From Pristiophorus japonicus (taxonomy: Eukaryota): a stretch of DNA of 64,000 nt. The DNA is taken from assembly GCF_044704955.1 (NCBI RefSeq), contig NC_091986.1:41416001-41480000 (forward strand), written 5' to 3'. The notes below the pieces were generated by a model. That model did not search any database. It was not told the origin of the DNA and was given only the letters and a program-made list of their open reading frames with translations. Every line of letters starts with the position of its first letter. Position 1 is the first letter of the stretch. Below are positions 22,401-37,400 of this stretch, one piece after another. Both the position numbers and the translations under genes were made by a program.

Positions 22401-25400
22401 GCCTGGTGGGGAATTCCATTATGCATTCAATAAGCTTCATATGTCTAGTCAGGGCTGAGCGGCTGCTGGGCACTGAATTGTCATCAAAGCCAGTCTTTTT
22501 ATCAGTGGCAACACTTTTAATAATCAGCACATTCATTCTTAAAAGACAATTGATTATAAGATCTGAAAATAGATGAGCTAATGCTTGCTGAATTTTGTAA
22601 TCCCGGCAGGAGAGGTTTTTTTTGTACTTCTGTTCAGAAACCTTTCATTCAGGGTTATGGTGGGGTGTTAACATTAGTGATCACTGGACTGTGCAGGATC
22701 TGTGAAAGGAGGCCCACTGCCATTGGTGGTCTAAAATGTTAGGTTAGGGTCGTCATTGATGATGGGTGCCACTATAACTTAAGTGCGTTAACCATTTGAA
22801 AGAGGATTGCAAGTAGTCCAGGATTTCCTTTTCCTTGCGTTTCCATCTCATGTTCCAATTTGAGCTGTCAGTTATTCCCCCACCCCCCCCCCCCCCCAAA
22901 AAAGAATTCTCCTTACCTCTTGAAAAGACAAACCGCTGGAGTCGAGTTCCATAGGTGCGTCAGCCCTCTGTTTCCTCTTCTAACCAGCCAGCATTCATGA
23001 GTAAACCTTAGTGTGAACATGAGGACATTGCAGCCGTATTTGATCCTGTCCTCGCCTGATGTTTTTCGAAACTTTACATAATTGGACATTGCTGAGGAGC
23101 GGGAATCTTGGGCTGTTTTTATTTTTGGTCCCTACTTGTAGGATATTGAAGCAGAGACCAAATGTAGCTTGTGCTCTGCTGCTCCAATTGAGATAAATAA
23201 ACTCGTCATGGGTAGCGATTGAACTTGGAACTTCATTGCTCTGTATCACAGCACACTTGCTCAGGGAGCCATCAGAAAAGCCTTCTCTGTTTTCTCCCCC
23301 AAGAGGTATAGCTCCATAATCCTGTCAACTTGTGTGCACTCTCCATTTGTTGGTGGGGAGAATTGGATAGTAATTGGGAATGCAAATCTGGCACTTTTTC
23401 TCTAGCTTGTCAGTTGTGCTCAAACCATGGATTGAACTGTGCAGTTACCTGGTGAACCTCAATGTGTTTCATCCTATCTTTGACTGACATTTGTTAAGAC
23501 TTTACAGCAAAGGTCATTGCATGGGGAGTGACCACCTGGTCTGTTTAGCTACCTACCACTTTGCTTGTTGAGCTATCGGAATAACAAGGTTTTATATCCG
23601 ATAGTTTGTCCTTAAATCAGCTGGTGAAATCTACACACGGTAGATTTTCTGCGTGTTCAATATGGAGTTCGTACACTCCCTGCAGCTGAACACAATTTAT
23701 CATTGCTTAACATAGGTCCTCAGGCAATGAGCTTTTAGCAAAGTGACCTAACTGTCCCTCCAAGATCTCGCACATCAACCTGAAGAATCCCATTGTCGCG
23801 TGCTTGGGTGCTCTGATCTGTGAAGAACTAGTTGGAGCATTCTATACATCCTAAGGTTAACCAGCATTGATACTTTGATTTCATTTGTTTAAAGGGAAAT
23901 AAAGCTTGTAAAGATGAATCCTTTCAGCAAGTGAGCCTGCTTGAGTTCCTCAGCAGAGTTGGTGCACTGATATTATGGTATAACTCCGTGCCACACTGAA
24001 CAGTGAATTTGCCCCGCTGATCCATTGGGGAAACCTAGTATGACGGCATTTCAAATCTTTGTAACTGTGTTCTCCGTTCGGAATTTTTCATCGGCAGTCC
24101 CTCTGGGTCGAGGATGTCTTGCTTCCACACTAAAGATGAGTACTCAAGTGACTTTATACGGTGGAAGCTGCCTGTGTGTGAATTCTTTTAATGTGGGGTG
24201 GCTGTTGCACACCAGCCACCACGTGGGCTTGACTGAGCAAGGTCGGCCCAGTGGCAAGGGGATCCAAGACGACTGGAGACCAAGCTCTGCCGCATGTGCC
24301 AATATATTTTTACAAACTCAAACATACTCCTACTGTCCTTCCTCCTTTTCACAGGACCCCTCTCCATGTGACGCAATGTGAGAAGACGAGATCAAAGCTC
24401 GCTCGTTAGCATTTTAACTACCTATCATTTCACTATTAATTTATGTGAATACACTATGCTTTAAAACCAAACATTCAATTGGAAAATGCTCAAATGTCTC
24501 TAAGACATTTCTCTGGGTAGGTCTGTCACATGTGAAACTAATGATTCACTTGCAAAGACCGTGCACTCCTCATCTGGTGGACCACAATGGCAGCCAATTC
24601 TCCCAGGAGCCCACTCTTCGAGGATATGTATTCTTACTTCTGTTTATGTAATTCCTCAAGTAAATAGAGTTCAAAGGCATTTAGTGTCAATCATAGGCAT
24701 CAAGCATACATAGATGACTATTATTTGACAATAATTGCATTTTTACTTGTCCTGTCTCAATGCAAATGGCTAATTCTATTTCCCTATATCAGGTTTTCTC
24801 TGCACTGAAGGACTGTGCAGTTTTGCACTGTTGCTTTAGGAATAGGAGGCCATTCAGCCCTTCGAGCCTGTTTCTGTCATTCAATTAGATCATGGCTGAT
24901 CTGTATCGTAACTCCATTTACCTGCCTTGGTTCTGCAACCCTTAAAACCCTTGCCTAACAATCGATCTCGGTTTTTAAATTTGCAATTGACTCCCAGCCT
25001 CAACAGCATTTTGTGGGGGAAAGAGTTCCAGATTTCCCACTACCCTTTGTCTGAAGTGGTGTTTCCTGTCACCACCCCAGCTCTAATTTTAAAGTTATGC
25101 CCCCTTGTTCTGGATTCTCCCCAACAGATACAATAGTTTCTCTCTACCCTATCAAATCCTTTATTCATCTTTAACACCTCCAATTAGGTCACCCCTTAAT
25201 CTATGTTTCTACACTTCTTCAAGCCTAGTCTGTGCAACCTGTCCTCATAATTTAACCCCAATATATTTCTGGTGAATCTGCGCCACACCCTGAGTTGCGG
25301 TGCCCAGGACTGAACGCAGTCCTCTAAAGGGGTCAATTCTGTGCTCTGCAGCTGTAACGCAACTTCAACCCCTTTGTATTCCATCCCCCCGTTAAGATAA

Positions 25401-28400
25401 AGGCCAACATTCCATAAGGCTTTTTATCTTCCACTGCCGTGATGTTGCTTGTTAAGTGTATATATGTGGGGCTGTTGTGACTGCAAACCTGCCTGTGTTT
25501 GGGTACAGCAGGCTAATCTGCGTAGGATTGTCTTCGCATTTGTAACCCGAGCTTTATTAGGTTGAGGTAAACAAGCTTGAGTGACTGGCAAGCTTGAATC
25601 AAACTTGATCTGGTTGGATGTCAAATACTTAACTGCGTGGGCTGCTGGTCAGCAATGAGGTATTCGTGTCCCAATGGCTTGTAGTTGCCCAGCTTGTGAC
25701 TAAACTGTTCCTGCCAGAAGCATTTCACTTTTTTTCCCTTGGGACTCTCAAAGCAATCCAGCTACGTGATGGATCTAAGATTTGGGAATTGACTTCATTT
25801 AAAGGTAGCAGCCACCTAGCTACATTAAATAATCTTTTGGAACAATGAAACTCTAATAGTCTACCATTGAAATTTTAAACTGCCCTGAATCTATCTTAAT
25901 TCGTATGCATCAGTGTTTTGATGGAGATTCTAACTTGCCTAAACTTTTCCTGCTAATCAAAGCAGATGCAATAATCAGGGAGCTAGAGACAATGCTGAAA
26001 TATTCGATTGTGAACCTGATCATTGGTGGAAATGCAAACCATGTAAAATGGACTAGATACTGTGTTGTCTTTTGCTGCTTCTGTTACGGTTGCTGAGTTT
26101 AGTGTGGCTGATTTAAAATCATTGGTTATGGACCATCCACTGTTTCAATGCTGTGTGAAATATGAGCCCTGGCATTGCTCCAATTTGTTCTTGGGTCTGG
26201 ACCTTGCCAGTTATCTCGTGTCTCTTCCCTATTGCAGTACAATTGGGGCGGGGTGCAATCCTCTGCAATTGTCTTTTGAAAAAAGAATACTCTCAGGATG
26301 GAGAAGTGGTGCCTTGTGGTCCACCAATAGGTTTATTCAGTTTTTGTTTTTGCATTTTTGGGGTGGAGGTGAGGACATGCTCTGTGCCAGAAGTAGTACA
26401 AGTAAATCACCTGTAATGAAAGAAAGACTTGCAATTCATATAGCGCCTTTCACGACAATCGGACATCCCAAAAAACTTTATAGCCAATGAAGTACTTTTT
26501 GAGTGTAGTCACTGTTGTAATGTGGGAAACGCAGCAGCCAAATTAAGCACTGCAAGCTCCCACAAACAGCAATGTGATAATGACCAGATAATCTGTTTTT
26601 TGTTATGTTGATTGAGGGATAAATATTGTCCAGAACACTGCTGATATCTCCTGTGCTGCTCTTCGAAATAGTGCCATGGGACCTTTTACGTCCAACTGAG
26701 GGGGCAGTTTAACATCAGAAAGACAGCACGTCAACACGGCACGTCGGCTTAGATTTTTGTGCTCAAATCCCTGGAGTTGGACTTGAACCTACAATCTTCT
26801 GACTCTGAGGCGAGAGTGCTACCCACTGAGCCACAGCTGACACTGTGCCAGTTGTATTAAGCAACTTTGTGGCTTAATCGTTTGGATTTTATAGCTGTGT
26901 GAAGAAACCTTTTTGAAAGGGTCAGCCTGACTATAATCAGTTGAGATTTGTTCATTAATGAATCTTGATCTGAAGTATTTGATCCTCTTGGTGAGTTTCA
27001 CACTTAAGTTGTGGTAGTAAATGATTAGCTCAAAGGTAGTTTTCCCCACACCATGCACACAGTATTTTGTAAGTTAAATAGGATTTTGAAACTATTGGTT
27101 GATTTTAAAAATGTTGCACAATTTGAGACTTAGTTGTGTTTCAAAGAAAAAATCTAAAGATGTCTATGTATATAAAGAGAATTTTAGATAATACCACGTG
27201 GTTTAATCTCTCTTATTCAGGAGACATACGAGAATATCCCTGGCCAATCGAAGGTGACGTTCCTTCTGCAAGCACTCAGGAATACAGCAGCTGCAGAAGA
27301 GGTAATTATCAAAATCTTTAATTTCCCTTCAGCCCAGCGTTGAAAAGTTCACTATGAATGAGTAGCAAAAAGATTAGGAGCGATTTAGTGCAGGCAGAGT
27401 GGGCAAAACTTGTTTCAATTCTTCGGGATGTATAAAAGGATCGAATGGGCATTCTGAAACTATCTCGATGAGCAACAGTAATTCTGTTCCAGGCCACCAA
27501 AAAAAATGTTTGTACTGCACCACTCATAATGTATTAAATGCTTATTTGCTTTTTTTAAAAAAATCCAATTTGGAGTCTGCTTGTTAAAGCCTAATTGCTT
27601 TATTTTACTCAAATGTAGGACAACAACTTGCATTTATATAACAAATATAAATGCAAGTAAAATGTCCCAAGGTCCTTACAAGAGCGTTATCAAAAAGAAT
27701 TTGGCACCGAGCCACATAGAGAAATGGAGACAAGTGACCGAAAGTTTGGTCAAAGAGGTAGGTTTTAACGAGCCTCTTAAAAGGAGGGTAGAGAAGTAGA
27801 GGGAGGGAATTCCAGAGCTTTCGGGCTTTGGCAGCTGAAGGCACGGTCGCCAGTGGTGAAGAATTGAAAATCGGGGATGCGCACAAGGCCAGAATTGGAA
27901 GAGCGCAGAGATCTCAGGGCTGGAGGAGGTTAGAGATGGGGAGGGGGTGAGATCATGGAGGGATTTGAAAAAAATGACAGTGGAATGATTTTTCTTTTTG
28001 TTACATTAGGACATAAAGAATTAAGAGCAGGAGTAGGCCATACTGCCCCTCGAGCCTGCTCCATTCAATAAAATCATGGCTGATCTTCTATATCATCTCC
28101 ACTTTCTCGCCCGATCTTCATATCCCTTGATTCCCCATGAATCCAAAAATCTATCGATCTCAGACTTGAATATACTCTGACTCAGCTTCCACAACCCTTT
28201 GGGGGTGGAGAATTCCAAAGATTCACAACCCTCTTGAGTGAAGAAATTTCTCCTCATCTCAGTTTTAAATGGCTGATCCCTTATCCTGAGACTCTCCTAG
28301 TTCTAGACACTCCAGCCAAGGAAAACTACCTCTCAGCATCTACCCTGTCAATTCCCCTCAGAATCTTGTATGTTTCAATGAGATAATTTCTCATTCTTCT

Positions 28401-31400
28401 AAACTCCAGATAGTATAGGCCCAATCTACTCAATTTCTCATAGTATGCAGTTGTTCAGATGCAAATATCATACTTTTAAAAGACATTTATGAAGTTACTC
28501 TTTATCTGTTGCTCTCTTTAGGCATTGATTCTTTAGGGCCTGGTCATTTTTCAACTGAGTCGTGATGATGATCAGGCAATTCCTCTGGAGAACATCACAG
28601 TTGTCCTTATCTACGTGTGGGGGAGGGGGTGTTGGGGAGCGAGTGAATGATAGCAAGTGAGCTGGCTGCATTTGGATAGGTAGGAGTGGAATCAACAGAC
28701 ATTGGAGTTAGATGTATTGTGAGGAGGCTGGCGTAGTCAAAAGGTTGTGGAAAGGGCAAGGAGGGCCAATGCATCACAGTCGGAGGATGTCAATCGTGCT
28801 TTTAGCATGGGCAGTTATTTTATTAAGAGGGGAATCTAGACTGGAGAGACTTGTACAGGAGATATAGACATACATTTCAGAGGCAATGACACATTCTGGG
28901 GATGAGAGGGGACAGCTGCATGGGTAGTCTTTATCTTGGAGACAAAAATCAATGAGGTCCTTGCATTTGATGTTCTTGGGTATTTTAAGGAATGTGAAAG
29001 ATAATGTGCTTTTCTTTGCCTACATTACGATCATGGCTATTTTTTTTAAAAAAGTAATTCATTCTATGAAATGCAAGGTCTTTCTCTCCAGCATGCTTTC
29101 CTGCCACTTTGTTCAGGGACCCAATTTTCTGTATGTGAATTCCTGATTTCACAATTTTACAAGATACAAGTGCTTCTGTGAACTGAGGGTGAGAGGAGGC
29201 AGCACCACTAGAGGCCATTGATAGTGAAGGGATGTGAGAGGGCATTCTTTCTGTTGAGCATAAAACCTTCCATGAAAGTTGTAGTTAAGGATATTTTCAA
29301 AATCTCATCATTGTTTTCAAATCCATCCATGACCTAGCCCCTCCCTATCTCTGTAATCTCCTCCAGCCCCAAAACCCTCAGATGTCTGTGCTCCTCTAAT
29401 TCTGTCCTCGAGCATCCCTGATTATAACTGCTCAACCATCAGTGGCCGTGCCTTCTGTTGCGTGGGCCCGAAGCTCGAACTCCCTGGAATAATTCAGTAC
29501 ATGGCAGTGTTGTACTTAACACAACAGTATTTAACACTGGGTATTCAAAGGAAATGTTTTAATTCCCCAACACGGCTTCATTTTGAGCATTAAAGCTTTG
29601 TATTCTTGTGGGAATCACTCGTGTGTAAATACTGCCTTGTATCATTGTAAAATTATGAGGAGTTTTGATAGACTAAATAAGGAGAAACTGTTTCCACTGG
29701 CAGGACCCTAACCCTAACAAGAAGACACAGATTTAAGGTTAATGGCAAAAGAACCAGAGGGGAGATGGGGAGACATTTAACACTCAACAAGTTATGATCT
29801 GGAATGCACAAGGTGATGGAAGAAGATTTAATAACTTTCAAAAGGGAATTGGATAAATATTGAAAAGGAAACATTTTTTGCAGGGCTACGGGGAAAGAGC
29901 TGAGGGAGCGGGACTAATTGGATAGCTCTTTCAAAGAGCTGGCATGGGCATGATGGGCTGAATGGCCTCCTTCCATGCTGTACGATTCTATGATCCCGAA
30001 GTTAAAGGGGGTGTATAATTGCATTTGTCTTTATTTGCAGGTAAGACAGATGGCTGCTGTTTTAATGCGGCGAATGCTGTCTGCTTCTTTTGATGAGGTA
30101 TTCCCAAGCCTAACCCCTGATTTGCAGAACGCTGTCAAAGATGAACTGCTTCTGGGTATCCAGATGGAGGGATCATCTAATATCAGGAAGAAGACTTGTG
30201 ACATTGCAGCAGAGCTTTCTAGGAATCTGATTGGTTCGTAACTTGTGATATCCTCGATTACATATCCAACTTCGTGTTTCTTAGCAATTAATTTTCACAC
30301 CTGTGGCATTTTACTGAAACTTCATTAAATAGCACCACCTGATTTTTTTTGTAGTGTTGAGTAGATCAATGCTAAATCTCAAAATATTGTATCTGAAATT
30401 CAAATATATAATTGTGGAGCATTTGATGAATCTCTTTCTCTTCTATCTGCCCCTCCTGCCCTCCGTGTGCATGTTGTAAAATTTGATTGGGATCTACAAT
30501 TTGTATTTATGGTTTATAAAATGCCCAAGTTACTTGACTTTGGACTGTTCCACATAATAGTTACCCAAACCAAATCAATGTGATGCAGCACTGTTTAGAG
30601 TGTATATAACTTCTACTTACCAGAATCATCAAAAATGAATCCAGACATGCACAATTGCTTTACGCTACCTTATTTAATAATTATCTGTAATAACACACTA
30701 CCATCACAAGGTGATGGTAGTAAAATAAATGGCCATTTAATATTAATCAGGCAAAATCATAGGCACGCCAATAGTTTTAAGTGTATCACAAGATCGCAAT
30801 ATCAGCTGGATTTTGCTTAGTAATAGTATGACAGTTGTGTTCAATTCCCAGGTTACAGTGCAGCTTAGCAAAGTTAAGTTTACAATCTGTATTTAATGCA
30901 TTGCTGGTAACTTCTAGTATTCAACCTGTTCCTGACATGATAAGATATACAGCCCTGTCTTCTATTGCGTTGGCCAATTGTGCTTTCCTCTGAGATGCTT
31001 GGACTTCATCTTCAGCCTCCTCTCTCTTTTTCCCTACATTTCTACAGTGACTGCACTTCAAAAGTGCTTCATTGACTGTAAAGCATTTTGGAACATCCTG
31101 AGGTTGTGAAAGGTGCTGTAGAAATGCAAGATCTTCCTCCTCCTCCTTAACCCTTTCTCAGCTTTTCTTTTCTTTAAAAAAAACTGTTTACAGCTTCTCT
31201 TAAATTTCTATCCTGTCCAATATGTTTCTCCTAAAGCCTTCCCCAAATGTGATAAATACATTAAATTTTGCCAAGACAATTCCACAATGGCCATTAACAA
31301 AACAGCCAAGCTGATCTATTCAATCAAATAGATCGTTTTCCAACATGTTAAAAATAGGTAGATACATCAGAAACTATAACTGCCAACGAGGTTTTATAAT

Positions 31401-34400
31401 CATTTCCTCTTCCCTGACCTTGAATCATGTGAACCATCTTTTCTGAAAACACAGTTGTTCAAGAGGCTTTCTAGGTAGTTAACAGTACCTTTCCAAAAGA
31501 TCATAACATGTTAGTCTATCTTATTGGACTGCAACTTCGGTCAGGCCCAATTCAATTTGCCACCAGCTAGAAACCTGGTCAAATTGGGATGTATGGATCA
31601 TTACTGTTTCCACGATTTCGTGCTATGCAAGGATTAACCTTCAACTTTTCCATAATTTTGGTAATGTGTCTATCGTTTTTCGACAGTGTGCAAGTTAATC
31701 TGTTCGGGGATACTCAAGACTGTCTTTGTTGGGTTGTGTATTGCAGCCCAAAACTAGCGTGGTCATTTCCTTTAGTGAAACGATGTAATGTATCGGGTAA
31801 GGACAAGGTCAGGATCAGGCTGCATGGTCAACAAAAAAATCAAATATGCTGATGCTTGGGCTCTGATGACTCATAGGTGGAAACAGGTCACTTGGGTGAT
31901 GCATTGGAAGGTTGCAGGCACCTGCGAACCTCAACATGTCAGTTTCTTCAGTAGAGAGGGTGGAATTGGAGGCATGGAATTCTAGAAGTTGACTTTTCTT
32001 GTAGTATTAATAGCATTTTGATCATTTGCAGTTACCTTGAACAATATCAATGAAAGCTAAGATTGCTTGAAATAAATCAGCAACTAATTGGTAACTTCAG
32101 TTGGCCGGAATTTCCAAGGTGTCGGGAAGATATTTCCACTTGTGGGGTAGACCGAAACTAGGGCCGATCACCTATAAATCCAATAGGGAATTCAGGAGAA
32201 ACTGGAGTGGTTGAGACGAATAGCATTGATGCATTTAAGGGGAAGTTAGATAAGCACACGAGGGAGAAAGGAATACAAGGATATCCTGATGGAGTTAGAA
32301 GAGGGATCAGAGGTGGCTTGTGTGAAGCATAAACACCAGCACAGACCTGTTGGGTGGAATGGCTTGTTTCTGTGCTGTAAATTCCATGAAATAAATCCGC
32401 CTCTTGTTTAAATGCAGAAGCCACTTCCCAAGTAGTCTATCCAAAGTGAGGGAGTGACTTACCTGAGTATTCCTGAAATAATTGATTCAAGCTAAAGATG
32501 CTACTTGTTTATATTCAGATGATGATGGCAACAACCAGTGGCCAGAAATTTTGAAATTTCTCTTCGAATCTGTCAGCTCCCAGAACATGGCATTACGTGA
32601 AGCTGCTTTGCACATTTTCTGGTAAGTTCCAATTCTTGGTGCTCGCCATGTTGAACTTCATGTGGCATACAAGGTGCAGCTGAAGCAGACTGTGATGAGA
32701 AAATGTTGTAGAATTGATGCCAGTGAGTGACTGACTCTCAACCACAAATTCTCCAAGTCTTAATGTCTTTGCAGCTCTGGTCTTTCCATGGCATGAGAAA
32801 GTATCTGGTTTGGTTCAGTGGTAGAACTTTAGAATAATAGATTCTTACAGCACAGGAGGCCAATTTGGCCCATCGTGCCTATGCCAGGTCTATAAAAGAG
32901 CTATCCAATTAGTTCCATTCCCATGCTCTTCCCTGTAGTACTGCAAATGTTCCTTTTCTGTTTTTTAAAAATCCCATTCCTTTTGAAAGTTACTATTGAA
33001 TCCGTTTCCACTGCCCTTTCAGGCAGTGCGTTCCAGATCATCACAACCCACTGCGGTTTTTTTTTTAAATCATCTCATCTCGTCTTTGGTTCTTCTGCCA
33101 ATTATCTTAAATCCTCTGGTTAGTGACCCCCCTTGCCACTGGAAACAGTTTCTCCCTACTTACACTATCAAAACCCTTCATTTATTTTGAACAATTAAAT
33201 CTCCCCTGAATCTTCTCTGCTCTAAGGAGAACACTCTCAGCTTCTCTAGTCTCTCCACATAACTGAAATCCGCGTCCTTGGTATTTCACCTGAGTCTGAG
33301 GTTGTTGGTTTAAGCTAGTTCAGAGACTTGACTTCAAACTAGGCTTGTCACTTCAGTGTAGTACTGAGGGAGGAGTGCTACATTGTCTTGGTTGGGACAT
33401 TAAACCGAGCCTCTGTCTGCTCTCTAGATGGACATGAAAGATCCAGTGGCATAATTCGAAGAGGAGCAGGGGAGTTCTTCCTGGTGTCCCAACCAATATT
33501 TGTCCCTCAACCAACTGGTCAATAATCTGCTATTTGTGCGACCTTATTGTGCACAAATTGGCTGCCACATTTCCCAACATTACAACAGTGACTACACTTC
33601 AAAAGTGCTTCATTAGTTATTTTTAAATTTGTTCGAGATGTGGGCGTCGCTGGCAAGGCCAGCATTTATTGCCATCCCTAATTGCCCTTGGGATGGTGAG
33701 CTGCCTTTTTGAACCGCTGCAGTCTGTGTGGCACTTTGAAGCACTTTGGAATATTCTGTGAAAGGCGCTATATAAATGCAAGTTTTTTTCTTTAATGCAT
33801 GCACCAGGAGTCCTGGATCAGGAGCTAGTGGCTGTCCCTTCTATCTGCCATCATGTCTGGGAGAGAGTTTAACTGGCAGAAATGATAGTATGTGGAGCTT
33901 TTCTGTTGTGTCCCAAGTGAATGTTGTATGATCAGAATGTTGTGCAGGAGCTGCCACTTTGTGGGAGGGCTGCTATTTCTGTGGGGGGGACTTGCACAAG
34001 TGATGGTGTTGCATTAGCAGTGGAAATCTGGAACTCTGTCCCTCAGAAAATTCAAAACTGAGATCGCTAGATTGATGAAGGGTCATCGACCTGAATGCTG
34101 CCTGACCTGAGTTTGTCCAGCATTTTCTGTTTTTTTTTAAATGTCAAATTTCTAGCATCTGTACTATTTTGCCTTTGTTGGGGTAAGCTATTTAAAAGGA
34201 TATGGGGCAAAGGCAGGTAAATAGAGTTGAGTTACAGATCAGCCATGATCTAATTGAATGGTGGAACAGGCACGAGGGGCTGAATAGCCTCCTCCTGTTC
34301 CTATACAACACCAGATGTTGTTTTTAAATTTGTTTGAGATGTGGGTGTCGCTGGCAAGGCCGGCATTTATTGCCCATCCCTGATTGCCCTTGGGAAGGTG

Positions 34401-37400
34401 ATGGTGAGCTGCCTTTTTGAACCGCTGCAGTCTGTGTGACAACGTGTCCAGCAGGAAAATGTGCTTAATTAAAGCCCCCTGACATAACTCTTGAATAAAG
34501 CTGATAACATTGCCAATCTGGCCCTCCATTACGTGCCTTTTGAAGCACAGCCACCTATAAATCTCAAACAGGGTGATATCACCAATGTCTTCTTAGACTG
34601 AAGAACCACATCGCTGGCTTGTACTGGTAGTAAAAGGAGGGGCTGAATGGCTGCCTACTGTTCCAGCAATTTTAGGAACTATTCAGCAGGTCGGGCAGCA
34701 TTTGTGGAGTGAGAAACACTATTAACGTTTCACGACAATGACCTTTTGTCAGAACTGTTCCTGTTCCTACATTCCAGTGCATGATTTATGTCACTTTGTT
34801 ACAGATCTTTGCTTTTTTTTAGTAAAAATTATCATTTTATATAGGTTTGGCTTCATTGAATACAGTACTACTTCACTAAATACCTACAAATGCTTGTTGA
34901 TGACAGCATTGTACTTTCCATATTTTAGTTTTGGCTGTAAGGAAACTGAATGCAGGTCCAGAACTGAAATCTGAACCAAATGTTTTGAAACCATTTGACT
35001 GAGGCTCGCTAAGCCAAGCTGTAAATATTTTTAAGGAACATGAGAACAGGAAGAGGCCATTCAGCCCCTTAAGCCTTTTATCATTCAATCAGATCATGGC
35101 TGATGTGTATCTTATCTCCATCAACCTGCCTTAGTTTTGTAACCCTTAATACCCTTGCCTAACTAAAATCTATCGATCTCAGTTTTGACATTTTCAATTG
35201 ACCCCCCAATCTCAACAGTTTTTTTTTTGGAGGAGAGTGTTCCAGATTTCCACCACCCTTTATGTGAGGAAGTGTCTCGCGTTCTCGCTCTCGCGTTCTC
35301 GCTCTCGCTCTCGCGTTCTCGCTCTCGCGTTCTCGCTCTCGCGTTCTCGCTCTCGCGTTCTCGCTCTCGCGTTCTCGCTCTCGCGTTCTCGCTCTCGCGT
35401 TCTCTCGCTCTCGCGTTCTCTTTTTAAATCATCTTAAAACCTCAATTAAATCACCCTTAGGGACTGCTCTTGTCATTTTGAAGAATGAGAATGTTTTCGC
35501 TTTGGGCTTTAGAGGTCTGTGTTAATTGTGAATGAATAACCTGTAAACTAATATATAGGAACATAGAAAATAGGTGCAGGAGTAGGCCATTCGGCCCTTT
35601 TGAGCCTGCACCACCATTCAATATGATCATGTAACTTCAGTACCCCGTTCCTGCTTTCTTTCCATGCCCCTTGATCCCTTTTAGCCATAAGGGTCACATC
35701 TAACTCCCTTTTGAATATAATCTAACAAACTGGCCTCAACAACTTTCTGTGGTAGAGAGTTCCAAAGGTTCACAATTCTGAGTGAAGAAGTTTCTCCTCA
35801 TCTCAGTCCTAAATGGCTTACCCCTTATCCTTAGACTTGGAGACCTGAATTTGGTAAATGCTGTGTCCCAATAATGAGTATAAAGTTGAAGAAAAGAGCT
35901 CACTCTAAAATTGCTGTATTGGTGAAATTTTGCACATGAATCCTCCTTTGTTTTAACACTGTTCAGATAATGTATTATTTACATTGCCCGTGTATTCTCC
36001 TTTTTTACCATCCACCTGTTTTTTTTAAAAGAAACCTTCAAACCCAAAGCAGACATGTTTCTTTGCAATTTGTTTTTGTTACTAGAGGTAAAAAGTGACG
36101 ACTAAACCAAAACCAATTTTAATACAAAAATAGACTTCTGTTTTAAGAATTTCAAATTTATGTATGAATTGACGGTTATGATAAACTCCATATTTATTGT
36201 TGAAAATTGATGGCTCAGGTCTTTCACTTTAAAATGTGTACTTACAATGCAATCTCTTGCACTGCGTTCTGGGATTCTAAATTTGATCTATCCGGCATAT
36301 ACTGTTTCCCAGCATTAATCTACAGAAATGTGATCTTGCCGAGTTGTTCCTTCTGATATAGTCCCCATGGTCTGGAATAAATTAAAGATCCGGTGAAAAA
36401 ACGAGACTTCTCTCTGCCTTGTACCAAAAATATCGGCATCTTGAAACTCCAGGACATCTCGAAGCTTGCAATATTGTTGCAGCTTACTCAGATGTGATTT
36501 CAAATCACTTTACCATTAGACCATTATTCCCTGCAAAGACTGCGATTTGGAATCCACATTTGTACCTTTTTTTTTAAATGGAAACCTTTACACATATCGT
36601 ACTTGAAAAATAAATGGCATTTCATCTCGGTAAGTTCATTTCTCCCCCCCCCCCCCCCCCCCCCCCTCTCTCCACCCAATCTGGAATAAAAATGCTGGAA
36701 CTACTCAGCAGGTCGGGCAACATCTGTGGAAGGAGAAACCGTTAATGTTTCAGAACTGGTAAAAATTAGAGATGTGCCAGATTTTAAGCAAGTACAGAAG
36801 CAGGAGAAGGGGAGGCAAGAACAAAAGGGAAGGTCTGTGATAGGGTGGAAGGGAGGAGAGATTAAATGATGGAAGGGATGATGGTGTGAGGGAAAAGGAG
36901 ATGGTACTGGGACCAGTCTGGGTTGAATTTTTGTAAGGCTAACCACAGCATATAATGAAGATGATTGATGAGTTGGCTGATGAGTTGATTTTAATAATGT
37001 AAACTTTGCCCATCCAATGTTTAATAGGAATTTCCCAGGAATTTTTGGAAACCAGCAACAACATTATCTTGACGTTATCAAACGCATGTTGCTTCAGTGC
37101 ATGCAGGATCAGGAAAACTCAACGGTAAGGGTTGCCAATACGGTTTTTCACTGTTTAATACAGAGACTGTGGTTCTCGTATTGGACTGTACAGCCACCTA
37201 AGAACTCATGTTAAGAGTGGAAGCAAGTCTTCCTCAATTCTGAGGGATTGCCTGTGATGATAATGATTGTTTAATACTGTTAGATGTGCTTTATAGTAGC
37301 AATGTCCACCTTTTAGATTTCTGGTGCAAGACTGAAAAGCTTAAAATAAAATGTGGACATTTATCCCTTAAAAGGAATAACCTTTATGAAACAAAAGAAG

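Noticed and set aside
22097-22576. 159-aa intronic ORF
   Set aside because: Non-ATG start, overlaps an antisense DeuSINE fragment, no recognisable domain.
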